A stretch of DNA of 63,951 nucleotides, filler included, from Craspedostauros australis (taxonomy: Eukaryota): the NCBI GenBank assembly GCA_030167865.1. It is 14 parts of 14 records of this genome, joined end to end, with 100 filler letters (N's around TTAATTAATTAA, not from the genome) between each part and the next. Parts side by side here need not be neighbours in the genome. Positions count along the whole stretch, not along the records: positions 24,686 to 26,917 come from JALAGF010004080.1; positions 27,018 to 33,436 come from JALAGF010004081.1; positions 33,537 to 38,367 come from JALAGF010004082.1; 11 more parts are not named here. One strand, given 5' to 3'. Below, piece by piece: positions 26,248 through 38,367 of the stretch. The position numbers and the translations under genes were made by a program. Below the pieces are notes generated by a model, which was not told the DNA's origin, did not search any database, and saw only the letters and a program-made list of their open reading frames with translations. Positions within the stretch are counted from its first letter, which is position 1. Every line of letters starts with the position of its first letter.

Positions 26248-26583
26248 TGGCATGCGATTCAGTGACCAATGCAGTGGGTGGCGGAAGAGGCAAAGAACCG
26301 GAAGTATGGCGCAACACCGTGCACATGGTCACGATGCGTTGAGAAAAGGAGTATTCCTGTGTTGCGTGGAGATTCGCGCATGTGTTAAGCAGGCAACGGG
26401 CACAGCTTCACACGATAGAGAAAAAAACACACGTTCCAGATATCTCCGCCAACAAAAGAGAAACGAGGAGGTTGTCACGAGGAAACTTACTTCTGGACAG
26501 AAGAACACACTCTACAACGAAAGAAGCATGTGATTGGTCAGTTACGAAATATCTAAACTTGAAAGACCTTTTCGCAGGACTCG

Positions 26584-26744
26584 ACGAAATCGGGAAGAAT
26601 TGATTGTCCCGGTTTCGAGAGCCCATTTGAAACCGGATTCCGATTTCGTTTTTTGGGGCGACCCCACAAGAAATGTCTCTATCTGGTTATGATTCCTCCG
26701 CGGGACTCCGAAATCGGGCTGCGAGAATTCTCTATTAGAGGCCT
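26584..26744 (-). mobile_element. Putative DNA-transposon terminus with clustered CGAAAYCGG-type motifs
   Basis: Five motif copies in both orientations at about 26585, 26609, 26629, 26640 and 26709. The minus strand reads TA-GGCCTCTAATAGAG at about 26745. Lies upstream of the Myb/SANT ORF. The other end is not in the contig. Confidence 0.45.
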
Positions 26745-27017
26745 ATCGCATTTCACATTCACACCCCTGTGCTCATGTCACATGTGGCACTCACGTTCGG
26801 ATTTCACATTGGTACTCGTGACTAGTTCGTGATCTACTCAGAAAGACGACCAACATGACTGAATCGGCTTCTCTTCTGTAGAATAGAGCTCTAGTTTAGA
26901 CTGCTCTGATATGAATGNNNNNNNNNNNNNNNNNNNNNNNNNNNNNNNNNNNNNNNNNNNNTTAATTAATTAANNNNNNNNNNNNNNNNNNNNNNNNNNN
27001 NNNNNNNNNNNNNNNNN

Positions 27018-28474
27018 CACACTGATCATGAGTTGGTTTGGGTTGGTCCGGTACGTTCCATTGACAAATGGCATGTGTGGAGCCCTCTTGTGAGTGCCTT
27101 GAAGGTCCGCTCCGCCTTCAACAAGACCCTGTGTGAGCTTGAGAGAGCCATATCCGCGATCAGCAAGAACTTCTGTGTTCTGCAAGGCATTGGTGGTTGC
27201 GAATTGGGTCTTGATCAGATCCTTTGCAGTGCTTGTCTTGGTTTCCTGGATGACTTGGACTCCACAAGGGACCCCGGACATTGTCATTGCCAAGGTATCG
27301 ATGGTGAATCTTTACATTGACATTTCACAAGTTCAAGAGATAGGAAAGCAACAAAATTTGATAAGAAAGAGAGGGATGCAGACATGTATGTGGTGTGTGT
27401 GAGATTCAAGATGATTGACAATTGTACAATCATGACATACACTCAATTGCATGATCCAAAGGTAGAGTATGTGCACAGTACAACTCACCCCCATCTGTTG
27501 GACTTTGGGTGCTTGTGCCGGGCAATGCCACTGCGCAACGCCACCTTGCTCTCACAGTGCACTTTATCGTCATCGATTGTCACAGTGCGTTTTCCGGACA
27601 TGCCTGTCACAATGAGCTGCTTCATTGCGTGATTGCAATGAGCCTGGAGATCCTGCCAAAAGTAGTGGGGGTTGGACTCGATTGTGATGCCATCTTCATG
27701 GATTTTGCACCACCAATTGATGTATTCAGTCTTGCTTGGGGACCCCACTTTGGTGCTCAACAAGCCCATGGTGTACATGTTTTTGGTGCTTGTACAGAAG
27801 GTTGATTGTGTGGTGAATGCAACCATGAACTGCAGGTACTCCAATGCATCCATCTTCATGACACCCTGTGAAAATGCACCTCTGTACAGCTGAGATGTGG
27901 GACCCAAGACAAGATCAACAATATCATCTGGTGTTGGCCGTTTGCTGCATGTGAGATCTTGCATCGATTTTCGGATGTGCACCATCTCCTTGTTCATGAT
28001 CACTTTGCTGTCTGCACGGGCCTCGCCCACTGTGACATGATGCTTCTCGTCCACCCCTGTCTGCAGCTTCCACTTGAGGCTCATGCTTGCCAGCTTTGCT
28101 GCATCGGATTTGGTGTTGCGGGTGGATGCAGTTGCAGTTGTAGGAGAGGCATTGGCATTGTTGGTGTTCAAGGTGCTGTTATCCTGTGTAGAATCTGCAT
28201 TTTCATTCTCTTCTGCCATGAGGTAGTTGCTGTTGGAGTTGGAGGCTTTGCTCTTGGGATCTGTTGCGTCCAAGTCATCTGCAATGTTGTCATCATGGTC
28301 ATCGTCCAGATCAAAGTCATCAGGAGTCCAAATGACTGTGTTGTCATCCGAAGGATGGACAACAGCATCTTCATCAAGTGGTTCCAAGTCTAGATTGTCT
28401 GGATCAATGCCTCTGTTGCTGTCATCATCCTCCCACAAGTCATCATTGCCTCCGCCAACATGATCCAAAGACAT
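27018..28474 (-). CDS. 5' part of the piggyBac-like/YqaJ transposase; same sequence as 34394-35850 (contig overlap)
   Basis: 27018-29331 is the reverse complement of 33537-35850 (paired positions sum to 62868), with an identical ORF track. Confidence 0.85.
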
Positions 28475-29501
28475 GGTCACTCAATAGATGTAACACAGAT
28501 CTAAGAATCTTGCACAGGGTTGGCTGAATGAACAAAGTTGAGGCACAAGTGGAATGTGTGGAAGATGAGTGCAGCAGGTGGTTGTGTTCCAAATGCTGTT
28601 ACTAGGTTGAATTGAGAGTATTGGTGCTGTTGTGAGATTCAATGGATTTGTTGGCTCCCACAAGAGATCTTGGGTCACAGAAGCTCAGTCGCCTCAGAGA
28701 CCTTGGTCTTGTTGGGGAGTTGTTGGTGTGGGTGGACTTTTCTTGTTCTTGAACGCAGAATGAACTTGGGGCTGACGAGATGTATGACATGGGGGAGTTG
28801 AGTAACTTTGGCAAGAAAAGCGTTGAGACTGCTTCCGGCACAATGCGAACCATGCTTCATTCTCTCAAACACCCATTCGAAATTCTGCGGTTGGCCTCTC
28901 AGTTTCGCTTATTGGGGTGTGACATGGTTATATTCACTCTGATAAACATCCGATTGCATCCACGTTGTGCATTCTGCGATCTTGGGAACAAACTTCGTAA
29001 AAAAAACGAACGCACCCACAACCACACAACCACACAACCACATGCGCATCCACAAAGAAACCGTCTTTCATCGAACAGCCTTGGTTGGTTTGTTCCCCTC
29101 CCAAACATCGAAGGACGGAAAATGTCCTGGCAATGTTGGACTTGGAGCATCCCCCAACATCATCAGAAATGGGATACGCACCTGTCCGTGTGCCACAAGT
29201 ACACAGCCTGCGAAGACTGCCATGGCAAGGGGATCAGCTGTGAATCCAAAGATTATTGGCGAGACACCGCCATGTGCACCAACATCCCACCGCATCCGCG
29301 CTCATTGACCGTGTGCTTTGACATTGTATCTCTCAGGACTATCATTGTGGAGGACAGGAACATCAATGTTGCTCATTCAACTCATCTCACAGATCCAAGA
29401 TCAACACATAGTGAAAAAGCAAGCACATCAACAAACCAACCAACAGCCAACACTCCACACTCGAGCAACCGGAAAAAGTAGACAAATGACAGCTTGCCAT
29501 C

Positions 29502-29956
29502 ATGAACTTTCGAAAGGCGACTTCCTTCATCGTCACTGCCATCGCCATGGCCGCCCACGGTGCCATGGCTGCAATTGGTGATGGCTACATCGCCACCATC
29601 CCTGCCACTGTCTACGAGGCCGTCACCAGCTGAAGGTCGACATCTCGCAGACATCCAACTTCATCCTTGGATCTCATTCGGACTTGCTCTTGCAGCAAGG
29701 ATTGGACGTGACAATCGTGGCAGATGATTGAACGATGGTGGCTTCGACGAAGACCAACATCATGGGAGCATACGAGATTGAGGTCAAGTCGTCCGACATC
29801 CCGGATGGCACCACCAAGCTCAACGTCATGTATGGAGCCAAGGTCATCTGCACACTCAAGATTGAGGACACCTCCTCTGATGCATCCAGCATCACCATTG
29901 GCATGGGCATGGTCCCAGCCATGCTGGTTGGAACGCTCACGAATATTCATGTCTAA
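29502..29956 (+). pseudogene. Disrupted small secreted or surface-protein gene, divergent from the transposase
   Basis: Signal-peptide-like MNFRKATSFIVTAIAMAAHGAMA. Frameshift near 29620 (first frame stops at 29631). In-frame TGA at 29729. Hydrophobic C-terminus SSITIGMGMVPAMLVGTL. Confidence 0.55.
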
Positions 29957-30685
29957 TTCGCAACATGGAGTCGAATTCCCAAGAGCGGACATCGACAGAT
30001 GATGTAATGGAATCGTATATTGTGCACAAGCACGAGTACCATGCTCTGCACAAGACCAATCCGAGCACACCATAACGATCACTCATTTGGGCCATCAATC
30101 GTGTTGTAACTCCAGTCCTGTTCAACCATGACGCAGGTGAGTTGTTGCCCTGTGCATCCGATCACTCGTCCTGGAACAGAGAACACGCAGATTGCACAGC
30201 CAAGATAGGTGGCGCAAGCACTCACAATAGTCAACAATCTTGTTGGGCACACTCAATGTCTCTATCAGCAAAGGTTTTGTGCGCAGAGTATATTGAATAG
30301 GATGCATGGTCTCATCACAATCCTTATCGTCAAGTTTCGCGAAGAACTCCGTTTTCGGTTTCCTCTCAGTTCTGATGCGCAATCATAGCGCGGAATCAGT
30401 GGAACTGTTGAATTCGTGGGGGAAAGCATGCTCTGCGATCTGCTCGGCTTTGAGTAGATTACGATCTACTTGTGCATACTTTGACTGCAGTCGTGTTGGG
30501 CTCTGATGTGTTGTGTAATTCCTAGGACCTTCCTCACTATATAACATAACATATGTTCTTATTCTACTGCGGGTGCTACTCCCTCTGTGCGACGATTACA
30601 CGATTTGGCACAGAGTTCCAAAGCATTCGCCCTTTTCTGGGTGCGAAATTAAGCCCTCGGTATCATCATGGGACGCATTGCTGGC

Positions 30686-33228
30686 TCAGTCTGTCTGGTG
30701 TGCATAACGTGTCGTGAACGCTTCGCTCATGATTTGCTTGTCTTCGTTGACGATGGCACCATCACTACCATTGCCGTCGGCACCATGGGCATCATGGGTT
30801 GGAGCTTTGGGTGCTGGCTGGATGATAACCTTGGCGTCCACGACGAACGCGGCCATTTCCGCAATGATTGAGCTTGCGCGTTCCTGCTATTCTCGGTTAG
30901 GAGTATCAGTGGCGGAAGCAGTTTCATTTGTGGCATCCCCGTCTTCGTCAGCCACTACCTCTCGATTGGTATCATGGCCCACGTCTGTATCGTCACGCAT
31001 GATACTCTTGTCTTCCGATGTCAGAGTTGACGTCTTCATTGGTTGCGCATGCACCTCCAACCTTGCTCCTCGTTCGAGGACTTATGAGAGCTCCATTTCC
31101 TTATTGTCTTTGTCGTCGTCGGAGCTGTTAGCCATTGCATTTGCCTGTGACATGTCCTCCTCTTGATTGAAGGTCTGGAGCAACAGGAGCCCACGCTCAA
31201 GACCTGCTTCCTGACGATCCTCTTCTCCAGTACTGTCAGCGGCGGCCGACTCTGATGCTGGCACGTCCGCATCCGTAGCCTGAGTGAGCCTCTTCAGCAG
31301 CACAAGCGCATGCTCAAGCGCTGCCTCCTCGTCTTCTTCCACCCTGGCAACCTTCAGAGCAGACATCTTGACTTCTTCCACTTCCGGTTTGGATTCATCC
31401 TCTGGCTCGACATCTGTCCACTTCGTTTCTTTTGGTGCGAACTCGTTGGTCTTCTTGTCGGCCTCGTTGTTGGACCTTGCGTCTTCGGTCAGCACGGGCG
31501 CAGTCGGTGATTCTGCGTCATCTTCTGGCTCGGACTCTGCAGCGGAAAAAAGTCCTCCAAAGAATCAGCCTTGACGTCTTGGCATGGCCTGATCTCCTCC
31601 GGCAGGTCGAGCGCACGTGCTGTGGCATCGATAACTTGCGCAGTGTCGGTGCCATGCTCGGTCTCAAGCATTTGAGAAGACTGGAATGTCTCTGTAGACT
31701 TTGAGTCGACTTCGGCGTCACGGTCGTCGTGCCCTTTGGAGCTGACAGATGGCTCTGATTTCAAGGCATCCGCAATCGCTGTCAACTGTTCAGCTTCTGC
31801 GACGGAATCCTCGGTTACGTCGTCATCATCAGCGTCAGCATCCACATCCTCGTTGTTGTCCGGCAAAAGATTTGCGGAGTGTTCCATCGCCTTGTTAGGC
31901 ATGTCCACGTACTCGTTGCCTGGCTGTGTGCCTCGCATGAAGCTTGGAGCGGACGCAGGCGGGACCAAGTCGTCTTCATCTTCGTTGTCTGCAGGTGTTG
32001 CAGCGTCAAGGAGTGTGATTGAGTCGAGTGCATTCTGTTCGGGATGCTCCTCCACCTTTGGCTCCAGCTTGAACTCTTCCGCGTTTCCTTCTTCACTTTG
32101 GTCATCCGTGGTGTCAAGAACCCCAGCTCCTGTTGCCGCAACCACTGCAACTCCAATCAGCGCTGCTGTGTTAGCATGCTTCTCCAAACCTGCTACATCA
32201 TCGTTTTGCTTGTCGTCGCTGTCGCGAATGGTGGCTTCGTCTTCATCTTTGTCAGACTTCACGGCCAGTGGGGCATCCTGCAGAGCCACGGGCTCAGCAT
32301 CTTCCTCGTTCACGACTGGACGTCGCACATCCGCTCCAGATGTAACAGTGTCCGAATCGAGAACGGACTGAGATTCCAAGCCTTCATCGACTTGTGATGT
32401 GGCTGCTTCAATTTCAGCAGCACCATCATCGTCATTCGCATCGTCCTTGATATCTCGTTCGATATCCGATTCTGCATCTTGGTAGATCTCGATGGAAGAT
32501 GATGGCTCCAGTTCGCCCTCCAACGCAGGCCCCAAGTCTTCACCATATTCGAACAGTTCCTGTTGCAGAACGTCGCCTTGTTGCGCATCAACACATTCTA
32601 CTTCCTGGTCGACTTCAGGTGCTTGTGAAATGTAGGCGTCGATGGCGACCTCTGATTCGGTCACAGCAACTATCTCTGGCTGGGTCAACGATGCCGGTTG
32701 CTCGCTCAGTTCATCATCGCCTGCGACTTCGGTCTTGTCGTGGATCTTGGCTGCCGCCTCCGTGTCGTCCTCGAGTTTGTCGTCTGGGATATATTCTACC
32801 TCTGCCTCCGCCTCGGATTTGGACAATCGCACTGGTTGCGGCACCTCCTCACCTTCGACGGTCGATGGGGTTTCGAGTCTTGGCTTAGCTTCCTTGTCAG
32901 CATCGTTTCAGCTGCAAGGATCTCATCGTCCTGCGTTTGTGAGACTCACTTTGTCGCCAGGCATCATCGGCGCAGCATTGCCCGCAACTCGGCGTGGCGC
33001 TGCGCGGTCGGCCAGCATCAACATGAGCGTCACGGCATCACCAATATCATCACAAACGCGATCGCACAGACCAACTGGACAACAAAGCAGCAGCATCGCT
33101 GACAGAGTGCGCGGTTCGGCCATGCAAAGCCCAATGGAGTATCGTATTTCCGGGCGGCCGTTCAATGGATCATGCCGCAACCATGGCAAGGGGGGATGCT
33201 GTCTTCCTTTCTCGGTTGCCCCTTGCAT
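30686..33228 (-). pseudogene. Disrupted gene for an acidic (D/E/A-rich) low-complexity protein
   Basis: Acidic coding-like sequence continues across frame changes (near 32905 and at the A6 run 31546-31551) and through in-frame stops at 31082-31084 and 30887-30889. The 5' end is uncertain. Confidence 0.6.
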
Positions 33229-34393
33229 TGGCTATTCCTTGTTGGTCTTCTCGATCGTGAAGTCGTTGCCACAATGCAAAATAGAGTAGGTTAGAGAAGA
33301 ATTGAATACCCCACGCTTCTCAAGTCCGGAGTACTCTGCGGAGCAAGACGATTTGGCGCATCTCCGCGAATCCATACTCGCACATTCGGTGATAAATCCC
33401 GCACGCCGCAACCAACTCCATCCTTGTTTGTACCATNNNNNNNNNNNNNNNNNNNNNNNNNNNNNNNNNNNNNNNNNNNNTTAATTAATTAANNNNNNNN
33501 NNNNNNNNNNNNNNNNNNNNNNNNNNNNNNNNNNNNAGATACAATGTCAAAGCACACGGTCAATGAGCGCGGATGCGGTGGGATGTTGGTGCACATGGCG
33601 GTGTCTCGCCAATAATCTTTGGATTCACAGCTGATCCCCTTGCCATGGCAGTCTTCGCAGGCTGTGTACTTGTGGCACACGGACAGGTGCGTATCCCATT
33701 TCTGATGATGTTGGGGGATGCTCCAAGTCCAACATTGCCAGGACATTTTCCGTCCTTCGATGTTTGGGAGGGGAACAAACCAACCAAGGCTGTTCGATGA
33801 AAGACGGTTTCTTTGTGGATGCGCATGTGGTTGTGTGGTTGTGTGGTTGTGGGTGCGTTCGTTTTTTTTACGAAGTTTGTTCCCAAGATCGCAGAATGCA
33901 CAACGTGGATGCAATCGGATGTTTATCAGAGTGAATATAACCATGTCACACCCCAATAAGCGAAACTGAGAGGCCAACCGCAGAATTTCGAATGGGTGTT
34001 TGAGAGAATGAAGCATGGTTCGCATTGTGCCGGAAGCAGTCTCAACGCTTTTCTTGCCAAAGTTACTCAACTCCCCCATGTCATACATCTCGTCAGCCCC
34101 AAGTTCATTCTGCGTTCAAGAACAAGAAAAGTCCACCCACACCAACAACTCCCCAACAAGACCAAGGTCTCTGAGGCGACTGAGCTTCTGTGACCCAAGA
34201 TCTCTTGTGGGAGCCAACAAATCCATTGAATCTCACAACAGCACCAATACTCTCAATTCAACCTAGTAACAGCATTTGGAACACAACCACCTGCTGCACT
34301 CATCTTCCACACATTCCACTTGTGCCTCAACTTTGTTCATTCAGCCAACCCTGTGCAAGATTCTTAGATCTGTGTTACATCTATTGAGTGACC

Positions 34394-37300
34394 ATGTCTT
34401 TGGATCATGTTGGCGGAGGCAATGATGACTTGTGGGAGGATGATGACAGCAACAGAGGCATTGATCCAGACAATCTAGACTTGGAACCACTTGATGAAGA
34501 TGCTGTTGTCCATCCTTCGGATGACAACACAGTCATTTGGACTCCTGATGACTTTGATCTGGACGATGACCATGATGACAACATTGCAGATGACTTGGAC
34601 GCAACAGATCCCAAGAGCAAAGCCTCCAACTCCAACAGCAACTACCTCATGGCAGAAGAGAATGAAAATGCAGATTCTACACAGGATAACAGCACCTTGA
34701 ACACCAACAATGCCAATGCCTCTCCTACAACTGCAACTGCATCCACCCGCAACACCAAATCCGATGCAGCAAAGCTGGCAAGCATGAGCCTCAAGTGGAA
34801 GCTGCAGACAGGGGTGGACGAGAAGCATCATGTCACAGTGGGCGAGGCCCGTGCAGACAGCAAAGTGATCATGAACAAGGAGATGGTGCACATCCGAAAA
34901 TCGATGCAAGATCTCACATGCAGCAAACGGCCAACACCAGATGATATTGTTGATCTTGTCTTGGGTCCCACATCTCAGCTGTACAGAGGTGCATTTTCAC
35001 AGGGTGTCATGAAGATGGATGCATTGGAGTACCTGCAGTTCATGGTTGCATTCACCACACAATCAACCTTCTGTACAAGCACCAAAAACATGTACACCAT
35101 GGGCTTGTTGAGCACCAAAGTGGGGTCCCCAAGCAAGACTGAATACATCAATTGGTGGTGCAAAATCCATGAAGATGGCATCACAATCGAGTCCAACCCC
35201 CACTACTTTTGGCAGGATCTCCAGGCTCATTGCAATCACGCAATGAAGCAGCTCATTGTGACAGGCATGTCCGGAAAACGCACTGTGACAATCGATGACG
35301 ATAAAGTGCACTGTGAGAGCAAGGTGGCGTTGCGCAGTGGCATTGCCCGGCACAAGCACCCAAAGTCCAACAGATGGGGGTGAGTTGTACTGTGCACATA
35401 CTCTACCTTTGGATCATGCAATTGAGTGTATGTCATGATTGTACAATTGTCAATCATCTTGAATCTCACACACACCACATACATGTCTGCATCCCTCTCT
35501 TTCTTATCAAATTTTGTTGCTTTCCTATCTCTTGAACTTGTGAAATGTCAATGTAAAGATTCACCATCGATACCTTGGCAATGACAATGTCCGGGGTCCC
35601 TTGTGGAGTCCAAGTCATCCAGGAAACCAAGACAAGCACTGCAAAGGATCTGATCAAGACCCAATTCGCAACCACCAATGCCTTGCAGAACACAGAAGTT
35701 CTTGCTGATCGCGGATATGGCTCTCTCAAGCTCACACAGGGTCTTGTTGAAGGCGGAGCGGACCTTCAAGGCACTCACAAGAGGGCTCCACACATGCCAT
35801 TTGTCAATGGAACGTACCGGACCAACCCAAACCAACTCATGATCAGTGTGACAGAACCCACAAGACTCTTCCTTGCCACCTCCAACAAGGTGAAGGGCGC
35901 GACCTACTGTTGCTATGGTCTCCGAGACAACGGAAAGATGATCATGATGGCAAAGACGGGAGTTGGAAGGTTCGAATGGGATCTCACCATGGCAAAGGTG
36001 AAAGAGGAGATCATGTACCTTCGCCACGTTCAAGCCAAGCGCACGAATCACCCAGATCTTCTGGCTCATCCAGAGAAGTTCCCAGAGTACTTCTCTGCAG
36101 CTGTCATGAACCTGGAGAAGTCTCCTTCTGTGGTGCTCGCAATTCAGGCCAGAGGTGACGCAATTCAAGCCATCCAGAATGCACCAAATGACCCAGAGGC
36201 AGTCAAGGCAGCCGTCATCCTTGCCGAACAAGCTTCACAGGCAGCGGATGATGCAGAAGACAAGGCAAGGGTGAGATGGGCACAGAAGATTCGTGACCTT
36301 GATGTTGTTGGGATGACCTGCGAACAGCGAGATCCGCTTTGGTTCATGTTGCGAAAGTTCTGCTTGACGAGCTCCACCGTCCACAACATCATCAACGTGG
36401 TCCTGGCCAGCACCGAGTGGTGCAAGGAGACAAATGGCCATGTTCTCCATCATCAGGCATGGGAAATCATTGCCACATTCATGGGCATCGACGTTGAGGC
36501 CAGAAAGCAACAAGCCCATGTGGAGATCGGAACAGGTGAAGTCAAGAATCGGGCACGTGAGCGATTCAATCTCCTCACAGATGATGCCAAAGACTCAAAA
36601 TCCATCGAGCAAACAATCACCCAAGTTCTTCAGAATCGCGACAATCCTCCTGTCAACTGGCTGCTCGAGGATGTGACTGAATTGGTGGTGCTCTTCTGTG
36701 GTGGGTTCAAGCCAAAAACAGCTGACAGTATCTACAAGAAGCTCAAGACTGTGATCCAACGACAGCAGAAGCTGGATCGCCGGTATGTTGCCATGACGCC
36801 AAAGACCATGGAGGCAATCTACAAGGCAAGATTCCCCAACTCTGGCAAACTTCCGGCAAAGGGTGAAATGATGAAGGCATTGGTGCGGGATGACAAAGCA
36901 TCCATCACTTTGGATCTTGACAATCTGGAGGTGGACGGTGGCAACAACGATGTCGAAGGCAGCAGCACCAGCAATTTCGACCGTTTCCCATTGGCCAACA
37001 ATGGCGTTGGCATTGCCTCTCTGGCTTCCCTTCCTGTTGAAGCCGATGTCATACTTGCCAACAGACACAATGTCGAAGGCGACACCGAAGGCATCAGCAA
37101 CAACGATGTGAGGAATAACGAAGAGGACGGAGGCATGATGGTGCTGAAGGAGGCCTTGGTGAAAGAGGCACTGAAGACGTGGTTCATGAAACCTTTCGCT
37201 GGCGAGGAGCGACGTGCCACCAGACTTGGCCACACCAATGAGCAGCCACTCATGAAGAAAGCTGAAAAGATATTGGAATTGACTGGAGATCCTAGCTGTG

Positions 37301-38367
37301 TGAAGGCCGCATACACAGCAGGGTTGGTGCATCGCGGAGACAAGCCCTATGCTCGATCATCCGTTGACTTTCTCGCGGTTGTCGGAGACAGCACCAACGA
37401 TGAAGATGATGAGGTCTTTGTTGTCGAGATGAAGACCAGGGCCTCGCGCAAAACCAAGGAGGAGGAGAAGGAGCATCAATTGTCGGTGAAACACCAATAC
37501 CGGCTGGATCCCAACTTGCATATCTTTGCAGATTCAGAGAGCGGCATCTTTCGGGCATTGATCCGCAAGGAAGGCGAAAGACTCCAGTTGCTCCATCATG
37601 CCTTCGTCTACGGTGTCAGTGGAGCACTCATGGTGATTGGTAAGTTCGATGGCATTGGCATTCACTATGTGTGATGAGATCCGGTCCATGCTGCTTCCGC
37701 CAATGCACGATGTTCACATGCTATTGACACCATACTAACTCGTTGCTCACTCTGATACTTGTGTTATTTGATTGGAACTGCATGGCAAGCAGGTGACAGC
37801 GGGGCCGAAATCCTCAGATCTGTTGCAACCAGATTCACGCCTGCATTGATGGAAGCCTATGCCTTGGTGCTTGACGATCTGTACAAGCTTGTGATCGAGT
37901 TTGCATACGAAGAAGATTCACCAGGACGAACTCCATCTGAAGATCTCATGAGGCAGTTCATGTCATCCAATCCGGGCAGTGGCAACTTCGAGGGCAAAGG
38001 GTCCTACCTCCCAAACATGTCAGAGGATGACCTCTTCCATCAGCTCATGATGTGGAAAGGATGTGAAAATCTCACCTTCCCGGTCCCTCGTGTCAAGACC
38101 TTCCTTCCAAAGCTGGCAGCAAGATGGAACATCATGAAGGGTGGTTCCGATATCATGTCAAGATTGATGGAACAGCACAAGGTGAAGCCCCCAAAAGTCT
38201 CCTTCCAATGCGTACTCGTGTCGCGTCTGATGCAACTGATGATGACGCTCGTGCACAAGCTAATCCAGATCACGGACAACAGAGCAATTGAGACAAATGC
38301 AGATCTCGATCGATCACCATCGTTGATCCATCTTCGGAACAAGATGAACAAGAAGTGGAGCTACCGT
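34394..38367 (+). mobile_element. piggyBac-like DDD transposase with an inserted YqaJ/lambda-exonuclease domain; join(34394..35379,35559..37639,37793..>38367); at least 1214 aa; 3'-partial
   Basis: Two frame-preserving GT-AG introns: 35380-35558 (phase 2) and 37640-37792 (phase 1, TACTAAC at 37733). D1 TVTIDDD (35294) with KSNRWGF. D2 LADRGYGSLKL...GTHKR (35707). D3 WNIMKGGSD (38149). YqaJ motifs Q..W...R..LTSS, GHTNE, GLV...SSVD, VEMKT and QLLHH between 36325 and 37600. Confidence 0.8.

Noticed and set aside
28780..29481. 233-aa ORF (mirrored at 33489-34088) as a second transposon gene
   Set aside because: Non-ATG start, includes a CACAAC microsatellite, and has no domain-like pattern.
29729..29731. 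In-frame TGA as selenocysteine or recoding
   Set aside because: The same ORF also has a frameshift, there is no redox motif context, and other genes here use TGA as stop.
27018..35850. Giant 2.3-kb inverted repeat as the terminal inverted repeats of one element
   Set aside because: Each arm begins at a contig edge and the arms are apparently identical. This is a contig overlap in opposite orientation.
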